A stretch of 33,388 nucleotides of DNA, filler included, from an uncultured virus (IMG/VR IMGVR_UViG_2049941000_000271) (lineage: Duplodnaviria > Heunggongvirae > Uroviricota > Caudoviricetes). It is 15 parts of one record of this genome, joined end to end, with 100 filler letters (N's around TTAATTAATTAA, not from the genome) between each part and the next. Parts side by side here need not be neighbours in the genome. Positions count along the whole stretch, not along the records: positions 17,524 to 24,903 come from IMGVR_UViG_2049941000_000271; positions 25,004 to 25,345 come from IMGVR_UViG_2049941000_000271; positions 25,446 to 26,119 come from IMGVR_UViG_2049941000_000271; positions 26,220 to 27,341 come from IMGVR_UViG_2049941000_000271; positions 27,442 to 29,016 come from IMGVR_UViG_2049941000_000271; 10 more parts are not named here. One strand, 5' to 3'. Below the pieces are notes generated by a model. It ran no database searches, was not told the origin of the DNA, and worked only from the letters and a program-made list of their open reading frames with translations. This document shows positions 18,339 to 28,051 of the stretch, one piece after another (the stretch's first letter is position 1; the number at the start of each line of letters is the position of its first letter). Position numbers and translations under genes: made by a program.

Positions 18339-18348
18339 NNNNNNNNNN

Positions 18349-18478
18349 CGCTTGGAGAGGAAGTCGATGGTCTCCGCGATGACCTCCGTCTTGTAGCGGG
18401 TCACGCCGTCGCGGTCCTGGTAGCTGCGGTTGTGGATCTTGCCCTCGATGTAGAGGAGCTGGCCCTTGCGGACGTAGT
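18349..18478 (-). CDS. ssb: SSB middle fragment
   Basis: YVRKGQLLYIEGKIHNRSYQDRDGVTRYKTEVIAE. Confidence 0.85.
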
Positions 18479-18488
18479 NNNNNNNNNN

Positions 18489-19074
18489 ACATTTCACGGA
18501 TGCGGTCGAGGGTGCGCTGGCCGTAGCGCCCTCCGATTTCGGCACTTGAGAGATTCGTGCTAACGACCAGCGGCAAGCGTCGGTCGTAGCGTTCCTCGAC
18601 AATCTTTACGAAGGGTTGAATCGTATTTCCATAGAACTTAATATCTGCTTGCTCTACGCCGATGTCGTCCAGCAGCAGCACCTCGCACCACTCGCCCCGC
18701 AGAATCTGCCGCTGCGTCAGTTCGGCGTTGTCGAGGAATAGCGCCGGGAAGTCCGATGCGCGGAACATCTTGCAGGGCACTCCGTAGTAGTGGAGCGTCA
18801 TACGAATCGCTGCCGAAAGGGTTGTCTTGCCCGTGCCCACGTTGCCCGCCAGCAGAAGCCAGCGCTTGCGGCTGCGGTCGGTTAGATACCTGGCGGCTGT
18901 CGCTATCTGCTCCGATGCGTCGGTGTACTGTATCTGCATCCCGCGCTTTTCGACCTCGCTCTTGTAGAAGTATCGGATAACCGCTTCCACATTCGGGAAA
19001 GTGCGAAAAAGGATGGGGTTAGAATCCAAGGATGGGGTCGATTGCTGGTTTATTATCTGCGCCAATGTTTGCAT
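18489..19074 (-). CDS. DnaC/IstB-like AAA+ helicase loader
   Basis: Walker A GNVGTGKT, Walker B LLLDDIG, STNL, RYGQRTLDRIREM. Confidence 0.88.
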
Positions 19075-19586
19075 TTTTGATATTCTTTACTGCGTCCCAG
19101 CCTGCGTTGATGCCCTTCCAATCCCGACTGACGGCAAAGGCGGCGACCTGCTCGGCAGTCACGTCGTACCGCTGGCAGATGCGCTCGATTTGTGTCTTTA
19201 GGGAGTTGAAGGCGGTCTGCGTGTTCGTGGCTTTCGCGTTCTTGCGTACCGCCATCCAATCGCTTGCCGTCTGCTCGGCTATGCCGAGGTCGATAAGGGN
19301 NNNNNNNNNNNNNNNNNNNNNNNNNNNNNNNNNNNNNNNNNNNNNNNNNNNNNNNNNNNNNNNNNNNNNNNNNNNNNNNNNNNNNNNNNNNNNNNNNNNN
19401 NNNNNNNNNNNNNNNNNTCTTTGTCGTGCATCCGCACCAATCTGCGAGGTACGACCTCGACCCGTGGAAGGTGCTGTCACCATCCTGGCTGAAACCGTAG
19501 ATGATGGCATAGACAGTCCTTTCCACGAGCGAGAGGTCAAGTTCCCGCATCCAACCCAAGATTGTGATGTAGGTAGCGTCTTTCAT
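19053..19586 (-). CDS. Phage replication initiator with N-terminal winged HTH (gap in middle)
   Basis: VYAIIYGFSQDG...GSRSYLADWCG; C-term DWMAVRK..KATNTQTAF...WKG; precedes the loader. Confidence 0.75.
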   Translation of the reverse strand: MKDATYITILGWMRELDLSLVERTVYAIIYGFSQDGDSTFHGSRSYLADWCGCTTKXXXXXXXXXXXXXXXXXXXXXXXXXXXXXXXXXXXXXXXXPYRPRHSRADGKRLDGGTQERESHEHADRLQLPKDTNRAHLPAVRRDCRAGRRLCRQSGLEGHQRRLGRSKEYQKCKHWRR

Positions 19587-20066
19587 TATTTGATCTGCAA
19601 AGACTGGTTTTCTTCGATATGCGCCCCGCAGTCATCGCCCGCCTTGATGTGCGCCTTGAGGTCGGTCTTGCTGATCTCGGTCTTGACCTTGATGCAGTCG
19701 GCGGGCACCTTCGCCTCGTCGTCCACGACCACGCGCTCCGACCTTCGCAGGGAGAGCTTCAGCGTCGCGGCCTCGACCTTCGGCTTGTCAAAGGTCTGCA
19801 TAGCGCCGACCAGCCGCTCCTCCATCCTGGCAATAGCATTTTCGGCGGTTTTCTTGATCGCGTCCAGGCGGTCTTTTTCGGCCTTGACGGCGGCCACGAT
19901 GGCCTTGTAATGCAGGATGGCGTAGCCGTAGTTCTCGGCCTTCGTCACGAAGTTCTGCTCGTTGACGGCCATCAGTTCTTCAATCTCCGGGGTGATTTCC
20001 CCGCCCGTTTCTTCGAGCATCGCGTTGATCCTGCGCTGCTCCTCGTCGATGTGGTAAAGTAGCAGG
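19586..20066 (-). CDS. Siphovirus Gp157-like protein
   Basis: GGEITPEIEE...KAENY...VKAEKDRL...LSLRRSERV...ISKTDLKAHIKAG...GAHIEENQSLQIK. Confidence 0.8.
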
Positions 20067-20076
20067 NNNNNNNNNN

Positions 20077-20479
20077 TCAGCTCAAAAGACTGGAAAGATT
20101 CGCCAGTCAAAGCATTACCATTGACTACCACGCCCTCTATGTTCCGGATCGCAAGGTTGAAGAGCAAAAGAGGGAGAACTTCTTCGTCCAGCTCCTCACA
20201 TTGCACCTGAATATCCTTTCGCACGTTCCACACGGCAATGGTTAGCGCTCCGCTTCCAGCGCAACAATCATAAAGCATTTTTCCGTGGAACATCGTAAGA
20301 ATATGGGCGCAGAGGTTGGCGAGAGGTTCTGGTGTGAAGTCTTGCTTCTTTTCTTCACGGTCTGCGAACCAGAACTGCCAGCAACTGCGCAACTCATCCC
20401 TCCCCAAGTCATCAAACACATCCACGTATTTATCGAAATAGGTGTTCCGTCCGGGAGAATTTAACACGCGCCGAATCGT
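20077..20479 (-). CDS. HsdM-like N6-adenine methyltransferase fragment, lower GC
   Basis: QDFTPEPLA and YDCCAGSGAL motifs, LLFNLAIRNI. Confidence 0.75.
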
Positions 20480-20489
20480 NNNNNNNNNN

Positions 20490-21028
20490 CTCCCCGCCTT
20501 GCGGCCCTGGGCGTGGCCCTCAACGGCGTTGAGGAAACGTGCGCCGCCGGGCATCATCGCCGGGTCGACGGGCTTCGTGGCCGCGATGGCCTTGTTCGTT
20601 TCCTCGCGCAGCGTGTTGTCCGCCGCATCCGGCAAGTCCTCGCCCGCGTACACATAGAGGCCGAGGCCGTGCGCTGCGATCGCTTTTGTCAAGCAGCGTT
20701 TGAGCGCTTTGTTCACGTCGAACGACGTGACCTGGTTCGCCGGGATCGAGTGGTTGCGGTTGTCCATCACGGGCAGGTGTTCGACAAACTCCAGCCCTTC
20801 GACGGTCACGCCTACCTCGACCCAGCAGGTGCGTCCGTCGGTGTGGTAGTTCCATCCCTGCTCGTTCTTGTAGATTGTGCTGGTGGCCGTCGGGTAGAGT
20901 TCGTGCAGGCGCTGCCAGGCCCACGCCCAACTGATATAATCGAGGGCGTTCCGTCCTTCGCCCTTCTGCTCCTTCACGTCGTTGAGGTTGAGGGCGGCGA
21001 GCTTCTTGAAGGTGTCTGGGCGTTCCAT
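20490..21028 (-). CDS. Sak-type single-strand annealing protein (DUF1071)
   Basis: LDYISWAWAW...LPVMDNRN...VNKALKRCLTKAIAAHGLGLYVYAGEDLP. Confidence 0.85.
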
Positions 21029-21346
21029 TTATGCGGCCTCCACTTTTACGGGTTCCACGGTCTCCAGCGGGCCGAACTCGACCTCCTGCGCCTTGATCTC
21101 CGCCGCCGCATATCCTTTGACGTACCCTTCGATATACGCCAAGGCCGCGAGGGCCTCCTGCATCTCTGCCTCGTGTTCGATGTCGTTGAAGTGGTATGTC
21201 AGGTACGTCTCCTTGTAGTCTTTCGACCAGAGGAAAACGGACATTGTGCCGTTGCTGTCGATTCCTGCATTGAAGCGGAACGTCCCGTTGCCGTCAAGTG
21301 CGCGGTCTAACTCGCGCATCTTGCAAAAAAGATTTTCGATTTTCAT
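21029..21346 (-). CDS. Hypothetical protein
   Basis: Complete 105-aa ORF abutting the Sak-type gene. Confidence 0.6.
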   Translation of the reverse strand: MKIENLFCKMRELDRALDGNGTFRFNAGIDSNGTMSVFLWSKDYKETYLTYHFNDIEHEAEMQEALAALAYIEGYVKGYAAAEIKAQEVEFGPLETVEPVKVEAA

Positions 21347-21423
21347 TTTGTTGTGTTGAGTTAGTTAATGGATTCGTTTTCGTCGGGTTTCTCCGTCAGC
21401 AGGGCGTATGCCANNNNNNNNNN

Positions 21424-21665
21424 CATTTGATCCGTGCGGGTTCGTAGGCCGCGTTCTGGAGCGCGAGGATGTCGAGGACGCGGTAGTGCCTTGTCGCGGT
21501 CTTGCCGCTGCCGACGCGGACGGGGCGTATCTTGCCCGCAGCCACCGCATCGGTGAAAGGCTTCCCGTAGGTCTTGCGGGCTTGCCTCTCGGAGATTTCG
21601 CCGGAGGCCAGCCCCAGCTGCCGGAGCGTCTCGGCTACTATCATCTGCGCTTCCTTCGCCGTCAT
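21424..21665 (-). CDS. Excisionase/MerR-like small DNA-binding protein
   Basis: ISERQARKTYGK...AGKIRPVRVG...HYRVLDI. Confidence 0.55.
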
Positions 21666-21761
21666 AGCCTATGCCTCCCGAAATACGATGTACGAGTTGC
21701 GTGCTTTGGCCGTCCGCATATGATACTCGCGGCCCATCAGCTTGCTGAGGCNNNNNNNNNN

Positions 21762-21972
21762 CGTTGACGAGACAGCCTTCGTCGAATGGGGCCGCGTATA
21801 TCTGCTCGACACCGTCAACGGAGCGATCCTCAAGCAGGTGCGCAAATCCGACAACCCCGGCTGCGTCACCTGCTGCTCCCTCAACACGTCGCCGGAGTAC
21901 GCGCCATTCGATGTCGAGACGCGGCACATCATCGCGTGGTACCGCGTCCTTATGATAATGTCACTTGTGTAA
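21762..21972 (+). CDS. CI/LexA-like repressor, C-terminal S24 peptidase fragment
   Basis: WGRVYLLDTVNGAILKQV...SLN..PEYAPFDV...WYRVL. Confidence 0.75.
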
Positions 21973-21987
21973 CAAAAGTGTTACAAG

Positions 21988-22419
21988 ATGAAACGGTTTA
22001 CATTATTGATCGCCCTGCTGCTGATGGCGGCGTCCGCGTCCGCGCAGGTGCGCATTACAAAGAACGAGCACCCGGTCACGCAGGTCGCGGAGCTGACGAT
22101 GGTGTCATCGCTGATGCAGCGCGACAGCACTTACTTCCTTATGTTCGTCACCGACAACCGCTATGACGACCCCGTGCTTGTGTCCCTGGGCGACGGCGTA
22201 AAAGAAGCCCTCGCCTCGCTCGATGCGCTCGACGATATGATGGACGGCGTAGCAAAGGACGAGACGTTTTTCCTCGAAGATATGGACGGCGTGGAGTTTC
22301 TGGTCAGCCGGATCAAGCTGACGAAATATGCTGCCCTGACCTCAACAAAGAGGGCCGGGAAGGCGGTATTGCACCGCGTGGCGATAGAGAGGGCGCGAAA
22401 AGCGCTGCTCGGACAATAG
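21988..22419 (+). CDS. Exported hypothetical protein in the lysogeny module
   Basis: Signal peptide MKRFTLLIALLLMAASASA/Q; complete 143 aa. Confidence 0.7.
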   Translation: MKRFTLLIALLLMAASASAQVRITKNEHPVTQVAELTMVSSLMQRDSTYFLMFVTDNRYDDPVLVSLGDGVKEALASLDALDDMMDGVAKDETFFLEDMDGVEFLVSRIKLTKYAALTSTKRAGKAVLHRVAIERARKALLGQ

Positions 22420-22425
22420 ACGAAG

Positions 22426-22458
22426 GAAGGGCCGCAGATTCGCGGCCCTTCTTATTTT
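22426..22458. terminator. Terminator between convergent genes
   Basis: Perfect 10-bp stem GAAGGGCCGC / GCGGCCCTTC then TTATTTT. Confidence 0.75.
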
Positions 22459-23305
22459 CACCACCTGAATAGCGACACCACCCTTCGGTTTGCCTCCGCA
22501 GCCTTGCTCCAGTCGCGCTCGGCGTATATGTCCGCCAGGGGAAAGTCACCGACGTGGCCCAGCGCCTCGTCCACCGTCGCCTTCTCCGTGCTGCGCCTCG
22601 CAAGCGTGGCGAAGCTGTGCCGCCCGGCGTAGTAGGTGAACACGGGGACGCCCCGCTTCTCGCACCACCGCCGGAGCCCGTAGTTCACGCGGCTTCCGGC
22701 ACGGTCTGCGTCCTTCCCCAGCGCGTGGACTACGCTCGCCGTTGTCGNNNNNNNNNNGGCTGCGCGGTATGACGATGGCGCCGTCCTCGTCGTTGTACCG
22801 CTTCTTGGCTTCATCGTGTATGTGGTGCAGCAGCCGCGCATATACCGCGCCCGTATCGCCGCGCCTTGCGGCACCCGTCTCACGCACGACGCCCGTTGCA
22901 GGGCTCCACTCCATCTTGCGGCTCTTGTTGAGGGCGGCGATGAACCCGACGACACGCTCCCGCGTCAAGTCGTTGATGTCGAGCTCGCGCCGTCCGAGGT
23001 ATCGCTCCAGCGCATTGAGCGCCGCGAGATAACGCCGCCCCGTGGACGGCTGTTTCGATGCCGCCACCTGCTCGCCCCACGCGAAGAAGTCCAGCCGGAA
23101 GTCCTGCGCACGCAGGGCATCGCGCAGCCGCGCCACCACCCAGTCCACGTCGCGCCCTTCCAAGTCGAAGGGGTTGATCCGTGCGGCCTCCGCACGCAGA
23201 CGGTCGCAGAGCGCGTTGGTCTTCGCTATAACGTCCGGGGTCTTGATGCGCATCCCCCGCGTCAGGTCGGCGGCGGTGCAGGTTATCGTGGTAGGTAGGT
23301 ATGGT
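22458..23305 (-). CDS. int: Tyrosine integrase, Bacteroidales type (two fragments)
   Basis: YYAGRHSFATLAR...EALGH...DIY catalytic end; N-terminal YLPTTITCTAADLTRGMRIK and core-binding region. Confidence 0.88.
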
Positions 23306-23543
23306 NNNNNNNNNNCATAGGTGCGGCACGTTGACGTTTACCCTGATGGTAAAGATTTCGGCCAACGCCGTCGCAACATTGTTCCGTCTAATCCTCAACG
23401 TGTTGCGTGTCGCTTCGCGTTGCTTTTCGTCGGCGGCGCTGGCCTTTTATGAACAACAATCGAACAACAACTGCAAAAAAAGAGGCCCACCGCGTCCGGC
23501 TGGCCTCCCTCAACACAACGGAACGTGAAATCACATCCCGCTA

Positions 23544-23551
23544 CAAAGGTA
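23544..23551 (-). promoter_or_regulatory. Bacteroidota -7 promoter element TACCTTTG
   Basis: Exact TAnnTTTG match in an AT-rich intergenic region. Confidence 0.5.
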
Positions 23552-23565
23552 ATCATTTTTTTTAA

Positions 23566-23928
23566 TTATCCATAAAGTGGCACCTTTACTACATAGTACC
23601 CTTTCTTTTTATACTCAGCGCATACCCTTTCGCTTTCCTCTCCGTCGATAAGCGAAACTTGTCGGTATTCGATGTTTCCGGCTCTTTTCGTTATATCTTC
23701 GTATCCTTCGGCAATTTCGCTGAATCGAAAAGAAAACTGGTGCATTCGCCCATAGTCGGCATAAACAAAGACAACATTCGGATATTTAACCTCAAAGCCG
23801 AATCTTTTGTTTGCGGCCTTCTGCGCCGATAACAAAGGGTAGTTATATTTGTGCATCAGGTGCTTTATGTATGCGACCTTGCGCTTCCCCAGTGGGATTT
23901 TTTCGTCGTTAAAATCAATGTATGCCAT
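23566..23928 (-). CDS. Hypothetical protein, lower GC
   Basis: Complete 120-aa ORF. Confidence 0.65.
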   Translation of the reverse strand: MAYIDFNDEKIPLGKRKVAYIKHLMHKYNYPLLSAQKAANKRFGFEVKYPNVVFVYADYGRMHQFSFRFSEIAEGYEDITKRAGNIEYRQVSLIDGEESERVCAEYKKKGYYVVKVPLYG

Positions 23929-23931
23929 AAG

Positions 23932-24029
23932 TCAAAATAATGTCGGTTGTTTCGGATTGGGCCGATCGTCGGCCTTGAGCTCTGCGTCCACCTGCCGCTC
24001 CAGCTCCTTGCTGCGCTGGAGGGCGGAGG
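23932..24029 (-). CDS. Small phage protein C-terminus (SALQRSKELERQVDAEL...QPTLF*)
   Basis: Manual translation; stop 3 nt before the next ATG. Confidence 0.5.
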
Positions 24030-24107
24030 GNNNNNNNNNNCCAGTCACGTAATAATCCGTTATTTGGAAATTGCGCGACCCGCATTTCGGGCATTTGTTA
24101 TTCGTCA

Positions 24108-24365
24108 TTATCGTCTTTCAGTATTAGGATTTTGTTCCCATTTTATCTCACCTGCAAAGTGAAAGGTCTTGCCGCCGTCCTGGGTGCAGGTGGAGTATTT
24201 TTGGAATAACGGTTTGTCGTGCTCAAATACGATGTGCTGGCGATCCAAGTTCCACCAGAATGTACGCTTGAAGTCTGCCTCAACTTCCTCCGGCGTGGCG
24301 AAAGTGTGGCCGGGATGATACCAAAGGCTGCCGTCCGCGTGTCTTTCTAAGAGTGAGTACATCAT
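24108..24365 (-). CDS. Hypothetical protein (MMYSLLERHADG...)
   Basis: ATG just after the upstream stop; open to 24108. Confidence 0.5.
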   Translation of the reverse strand: MMYSLLERHADGSLWYHPGHTFATPEEVEADFKRTFWWNLDRQHIVFEHDKPLFQKYSTCTQDGGKTFHFAGEIKWEQNPNTERR

Positions 24366-24369
24366 AGCG

Positions 24370-24609
24370 TCAACCCTCCACGATAAAAAGGTTATGGTGC
24401 ACGCCGGCACCGAGAACTGGATAGGCATCGCTTCCGGGGCGGTGCAGATGGTAGGTGCAGCAGGTCGTTGGGTCAACGTCCTTCGGCAAGAATGGGTAGA
24501 ACTGCGGGGCAATCTGGATCGGGACGATCTCGACCTCCGTTCCGTTCTCGTCAACGACTTTGCGGGTTTTGTCCTTTACATACTCGGAAATGTCAAACGG
24601 GATTTTCAT
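24370..24609 (-). CDS. Hypothetical protein
   Basis: 79 aa, ATGA coupling. Confidence 0.55.
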   Translation of the reverse strand: MKIPFDISEYVKDKTRKVVDENGTEVEIVPIQIAPQFYPFLPKDVDPTTCCTYHLHRPGSDAYPVLGAGVHHNLFIVEG

Positions 24610-24854
24610 CGCTCTACCCTCCGTCCGAGTTCGTAGAATCTTTTGCGATGCGCGATAACTTCGCGTAGGACACCTCCGGGTAGCGCTTGCTGGAGAGAGT
24701 CGATTTTCTTGAGAATATCATCACACATCGCGGCCCGACCATCTTGTCTAAAACCATCGGCGACCCCGTGAATTACTCGATTAGGGTGTGAATAGACTGA
24801 CTTAGCGAATTTGATCTCCGCCAGCAATTTGTCTGCGTCAATGTATTTTGCCAT
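24606..24854 (-). CDS. Hypothetical protein (KYIDADKL-type phage start)
   Basis: 82 aa, coupled to neighbours. Confidence 0.6.
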   Translation of the reverse strand: MAKYIDADKLLAEIKFAKSVYSHPNRVIHGVADGFRQDGRAAMCDDILKKIDSLQQALPGGVLREVIAHRKRFYELGRRVER

Positions 24855-25048
24855 AGCTATTCGACCTCTCCAATTACTTTTTTTAGCGTGTTTTTAAGGG
24901 AGCNNNNNNNNNNNNNNNNNNNNNNNNNNNNNNNNNNNNNNNNNNNNTTAATTAATTAANNNNNNNNNNNNNNNNNNNNNNNNNNNNNNNNNNNNNNNNN
25001 NNNGCAATTACAAGCCATTGTTGTAGGGGATTATGGGGTTATGCCGTC

Positions 25049-25205
25049 CTATTCTTCTGCACCGACGGCGTTTTGTGCTTCACCCTTCAACGGGATGAGG
25101 TTATCGGGAGAGGCGATGCGCTCCAGCGTCCGCTCGATGGCGTCGAGGCGGGCGGCGAAGGCCCGCTGGTTCTCCATCATAGCGTAGCTGCGCTGCGCCG
25201 CGCAG
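25049..25205 (-). CDS. Hypothetical protein C-terminus (CAAQRSYAMMENQ...GAEE*), followed by a gene starting MACNC at 25018
   Basis: Manual translation; not in ORF track. Confidence 0.5.
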
Positions 25206-25215
25206 NNNNNNNNNN

Positions 25216-25345
25216 GCCTATGATGCCACGGATGAGGTTCACGCCCTGCGAGAGGACGTCCTGGTTTTCGCGGAACCAGCCAAGCACGCCGCTGGCCTGC
25301 TCGCCGAAGTTCTGTACGAAGGACTTGCCGCCGGCCTCAACCGCC
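25216..25345 (-). CDS. Hypothetical protein fragment (AVEAGGKSFVQNFGEQASGVLGWFRENQDVLSQGVNLIRGIIG)
   Basis: Open amphipathic-helix frame; probable continuation of 986-1139. Confidence 0.45.
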
Positions 25346-25445
25346 NNNNNNNNNNNNNNNNNNNNNNNNNNNNNNNNNNNNNNNNNNNNTTAATTAATTA
25401 ANNNNNNNNNNNNNNNNNNNNNNNNNNNNNNNNNNNNNNNNNNNN

Positions 25446-26056
25446 AAGTTCGCATCGAATGAGGTTTGCGCGTGTGGGGTTCCGTAGGTTTTTACACCAT
25501 CAATCTCAATATATTGCACATCATTCGTTGCGTCGAATTTTTCACAACCGAAACTGATTGTCTTTCTTGTGCCGACCGAAAGAGCTGTGTCAAATGTGGC
25601 CTTCGTCCTATAGGTGATGTCGTTGGAAAATGGCTTGTAATTATCTTCTATTGCGTTGTAAGGAGAGGAACTAAGCAAACCGAAAGCGTGTCTTGCGGCC
25701 TGAAGAGAGCCGAAATCAAGTATAGCGAGCGTATTATCCAAACTATCCACCTCAAAATCCACCGACATCCTCCAATATCTACCAATACGAAGACCGGCAG
25801 GCGAGGCGGCATTCAAGTTCATAGTTAAGTAGCCAACATTTTTTCCGCACACATAGTTGTCAGAGTTGTGAACAGGGCGGCCCCCTTCAGCAGACCAGCC
25901 CAAACCATTGATTCTGTCAAACAAATACATATAACCATCACCCCCGGACTGTAAATCATCCTCACCGCTCCACCAATGGATCGGAGAAGGCGGTGGAGTT
26001 GGCCCGGTTGGGGTCATCATCCGGCGCTGAACCCAATCATTGAAGAATGTTCCCAT
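25446..26056 (-). CDS. Putative receptor-binding / ConA-LamG-like protein, lower GC, 3' end missing
   Basis: RRMM-type start, Pro linker, aromatic beta-rich body with IEIDGVK. Confidence 0.55.
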
Positions 26057-26219
26057 AGTTAACTTGTCGGTAAGTCAAACACCAGCGCACTCGCATAGCC
26101 GTTGCGCACCATAATTTCGNNNNNNNNNNNNNNNNNNNNNNNNNNNNNNNNNNNNNNNNNNNNTTAATTAATTAANNNNNNNNNNNNNNNNNNNNNNNNN
26201 NNNNNNNNNNNNNNNNNNN

Positions 26220-26439
26220 CGAAGAAGTAGTTGTCGGCGTACAGCTGCTGCGTGGGCGTTTCGTCGCCCTCGTAGGCGCAGGGCTTGTACCTTGCAAACA
26301 TCTTGATATTGGGATGTTTGCAAAGGCTGATGACATCCGTCAAGTCCGTGCCCAGCGCCTTCTGGATGTCGCCCGTACCGTCGGCCTTGATGGTGATACC
26401 CGCCGTGCCCTTCGTTATCAGTCCGCTGCTATACGACAT
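26220..26439 (-). CDS. Bacteroidales phage tail-associated protein, N-terminus
   Basis: DIQKALG...DVISLC.HPNIKMFARYKP motif; overlaps the end of the S74 gene. Confidence 0.65.
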
Positions 26440-27341
26440 CGCGCATCCTCTTGAGTCTTTGGTTATCTTCCTTCAGCACCGCGATCTCTCCTTCGAGGAT
26501 GCGGATGCGGAGGTTCTGCTGCTGCCATCCCGCGACCAGGTACGGAATCACTTGGTTGTAGTCGATGGCATCGTACTCGCCCCATATCTTGCGCCCTGCG
26601 TTCGGGAGCAGGTCGAGGTATTCGTCCGCGAGGAATCCCCTCGCTATGCCGTGTAATTCGCCCAATTCCGCCGCTCTTTCATTCCACTGGAATACTACCG
26701 GGTTGAGCACGGAGAGCAGGTCTGCGGCCTCGGAAAGGCTGATAGAACGGATGTCCTTCTTGAGCCTGCGGTCGGACGATACGCCCGCCACGACGTTGCC
26801 CGTCGCGGAGATGTTTCCCGTGACCTTGATGGCCTTCGTGATGTTGAGCATGCCGGAGGCGATGTATAGGTCTACCGAGTTGGAGGATGTGCTGCNNNNN
26901 NNNNNGGAGCGGATGTCCTTCTTCAGCCTGCGGTCGGACGATACGCCAGCCACGACGTTGCCCGTCGCGGAGATGTTGCCCGCCACCTTGATGCCCTTTG
27001 TGAAGTTCAGCACCTCGCTTGTGATATAGAGGCTTACGACGTTGTTCGACGAGCTGCCGCCCTTGATGGTGACGGCTGGCGTCGTGCTTCCGGCGCTGNN
27101 NNNNNNNNNNNNNNNNNNNNNNNNNNNNNNNNNNNNNNNNNNNNNNNNNNNNNNNNNNNNNNNNNNNNNNNNNNNNNNNNNNNNCGTGCTGCCGACAATG
27201 AGGGTTCCCGCGATGCTCGTGTTGCCCCCAATGCTCGTGACGCCGCCCAGGGACACCGCGCCGCTGACCTGCAAGGCCGACGAATCGCGGTAAATGTTCG
27301 TCGAGTAGTCGCTGCCGCTGCCGTAGATCGTCAGCGCGGCG
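26429..27341 (-). CDS. Tail fibre with C-terminal intramolecular chaperone (peptidase S74); fragments of two alleles
   Basis: SDRRLKKDI cleavage motif, LNPVVFQWN, GFLADE, IDYNQVIPYLV, terminal coiled coil; the motif occurs twice. Confidence 0.85.
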
Positions 27342-27441
27342 NNNNNNNNNNNNNNNNNNNNNNNNNNNNNNNNNNNNNNNNNNNNTTAATTAATTAANNN
27401 NNNNNNNNNNNNNNNNNNNNNNNNNNNNNNNNNNNNNNNNN

Positions 27442-28041
27442 GCTCACCGTCTGCTGCACGTTGTGGTCTGCGTTGATGGCCACGAGCTTCGCCAGCGCGC
27501 CGATGCGCTCTCCTACGGCAAACGCGATCTCCGTGATACGACCGTAGTCTTGAGCCGCAGGAACATACGAGATGCAGGGCGCGTCACCCGTGTCCTCGCC
27601 GACATACGCCAACGGAGGGTAGACGACGAACTCCAGCGTGCCGCTGCCAGGAATCTCGCCGACATATATCTTGACCTCCTCGTCCGTGTCCACACCCGTA
27701 GCCGTGCCGGGCATCGAGAAGAAAAGATACGGCTGCTCTATCGTCGCGGCGTCGTACNNNNNNNNNNNNNNNNNNACGACGGAGATGCTGCCCGTGCCGC
27801 CGCCACCGCTGCCCTGCACCGTTCCGGGAACCCACTTGCCGAGGGTGGCGTTCCACAGCAGCGCCTGCCCGTTGGCCGGCGTGCCCACCTCCACGTCCGA
27901 GAGGGCGTTTAGGTTCAGCGGCACGTTCACCCAGTGGTTCGTGCTGTCGAAGACGAGGGTGTCACCCACGGCAGGCGATGTCAGCGTAACGTCCGCGAGG
28001 GAGGCCAGGCTGCCGCCGCCGCCCTGACCGCCGCCGGCGCC
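27442..28041 (-). CDS. Tail/tail fibre protein fragments
   Basis: SLASLADVTLTSPAVGDTLVFD and LSDVEVGTPANGQALLWN...WVPG fibre repeats. Confidence 0.6.
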
Positions 28042-28051
28042 NNNNNNNNNN

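Noticed and set aside
19586..21028. 480-aa Sak-methyltransferase-Gp157 fusion in the ORF track (and similar long ORFs such as 2625-4001, 10947-11669, 32051-32806)
   Set aside because: Domains are joined only across 10-N gaps; chimeras of separate contigs.
26745..27060. Duplicated fibre segment as a DGR template/variable repeat pair
   Set aside because: Differences are not restricted to adenines and no reverse transcriptase is visible; better explained as two alleles.
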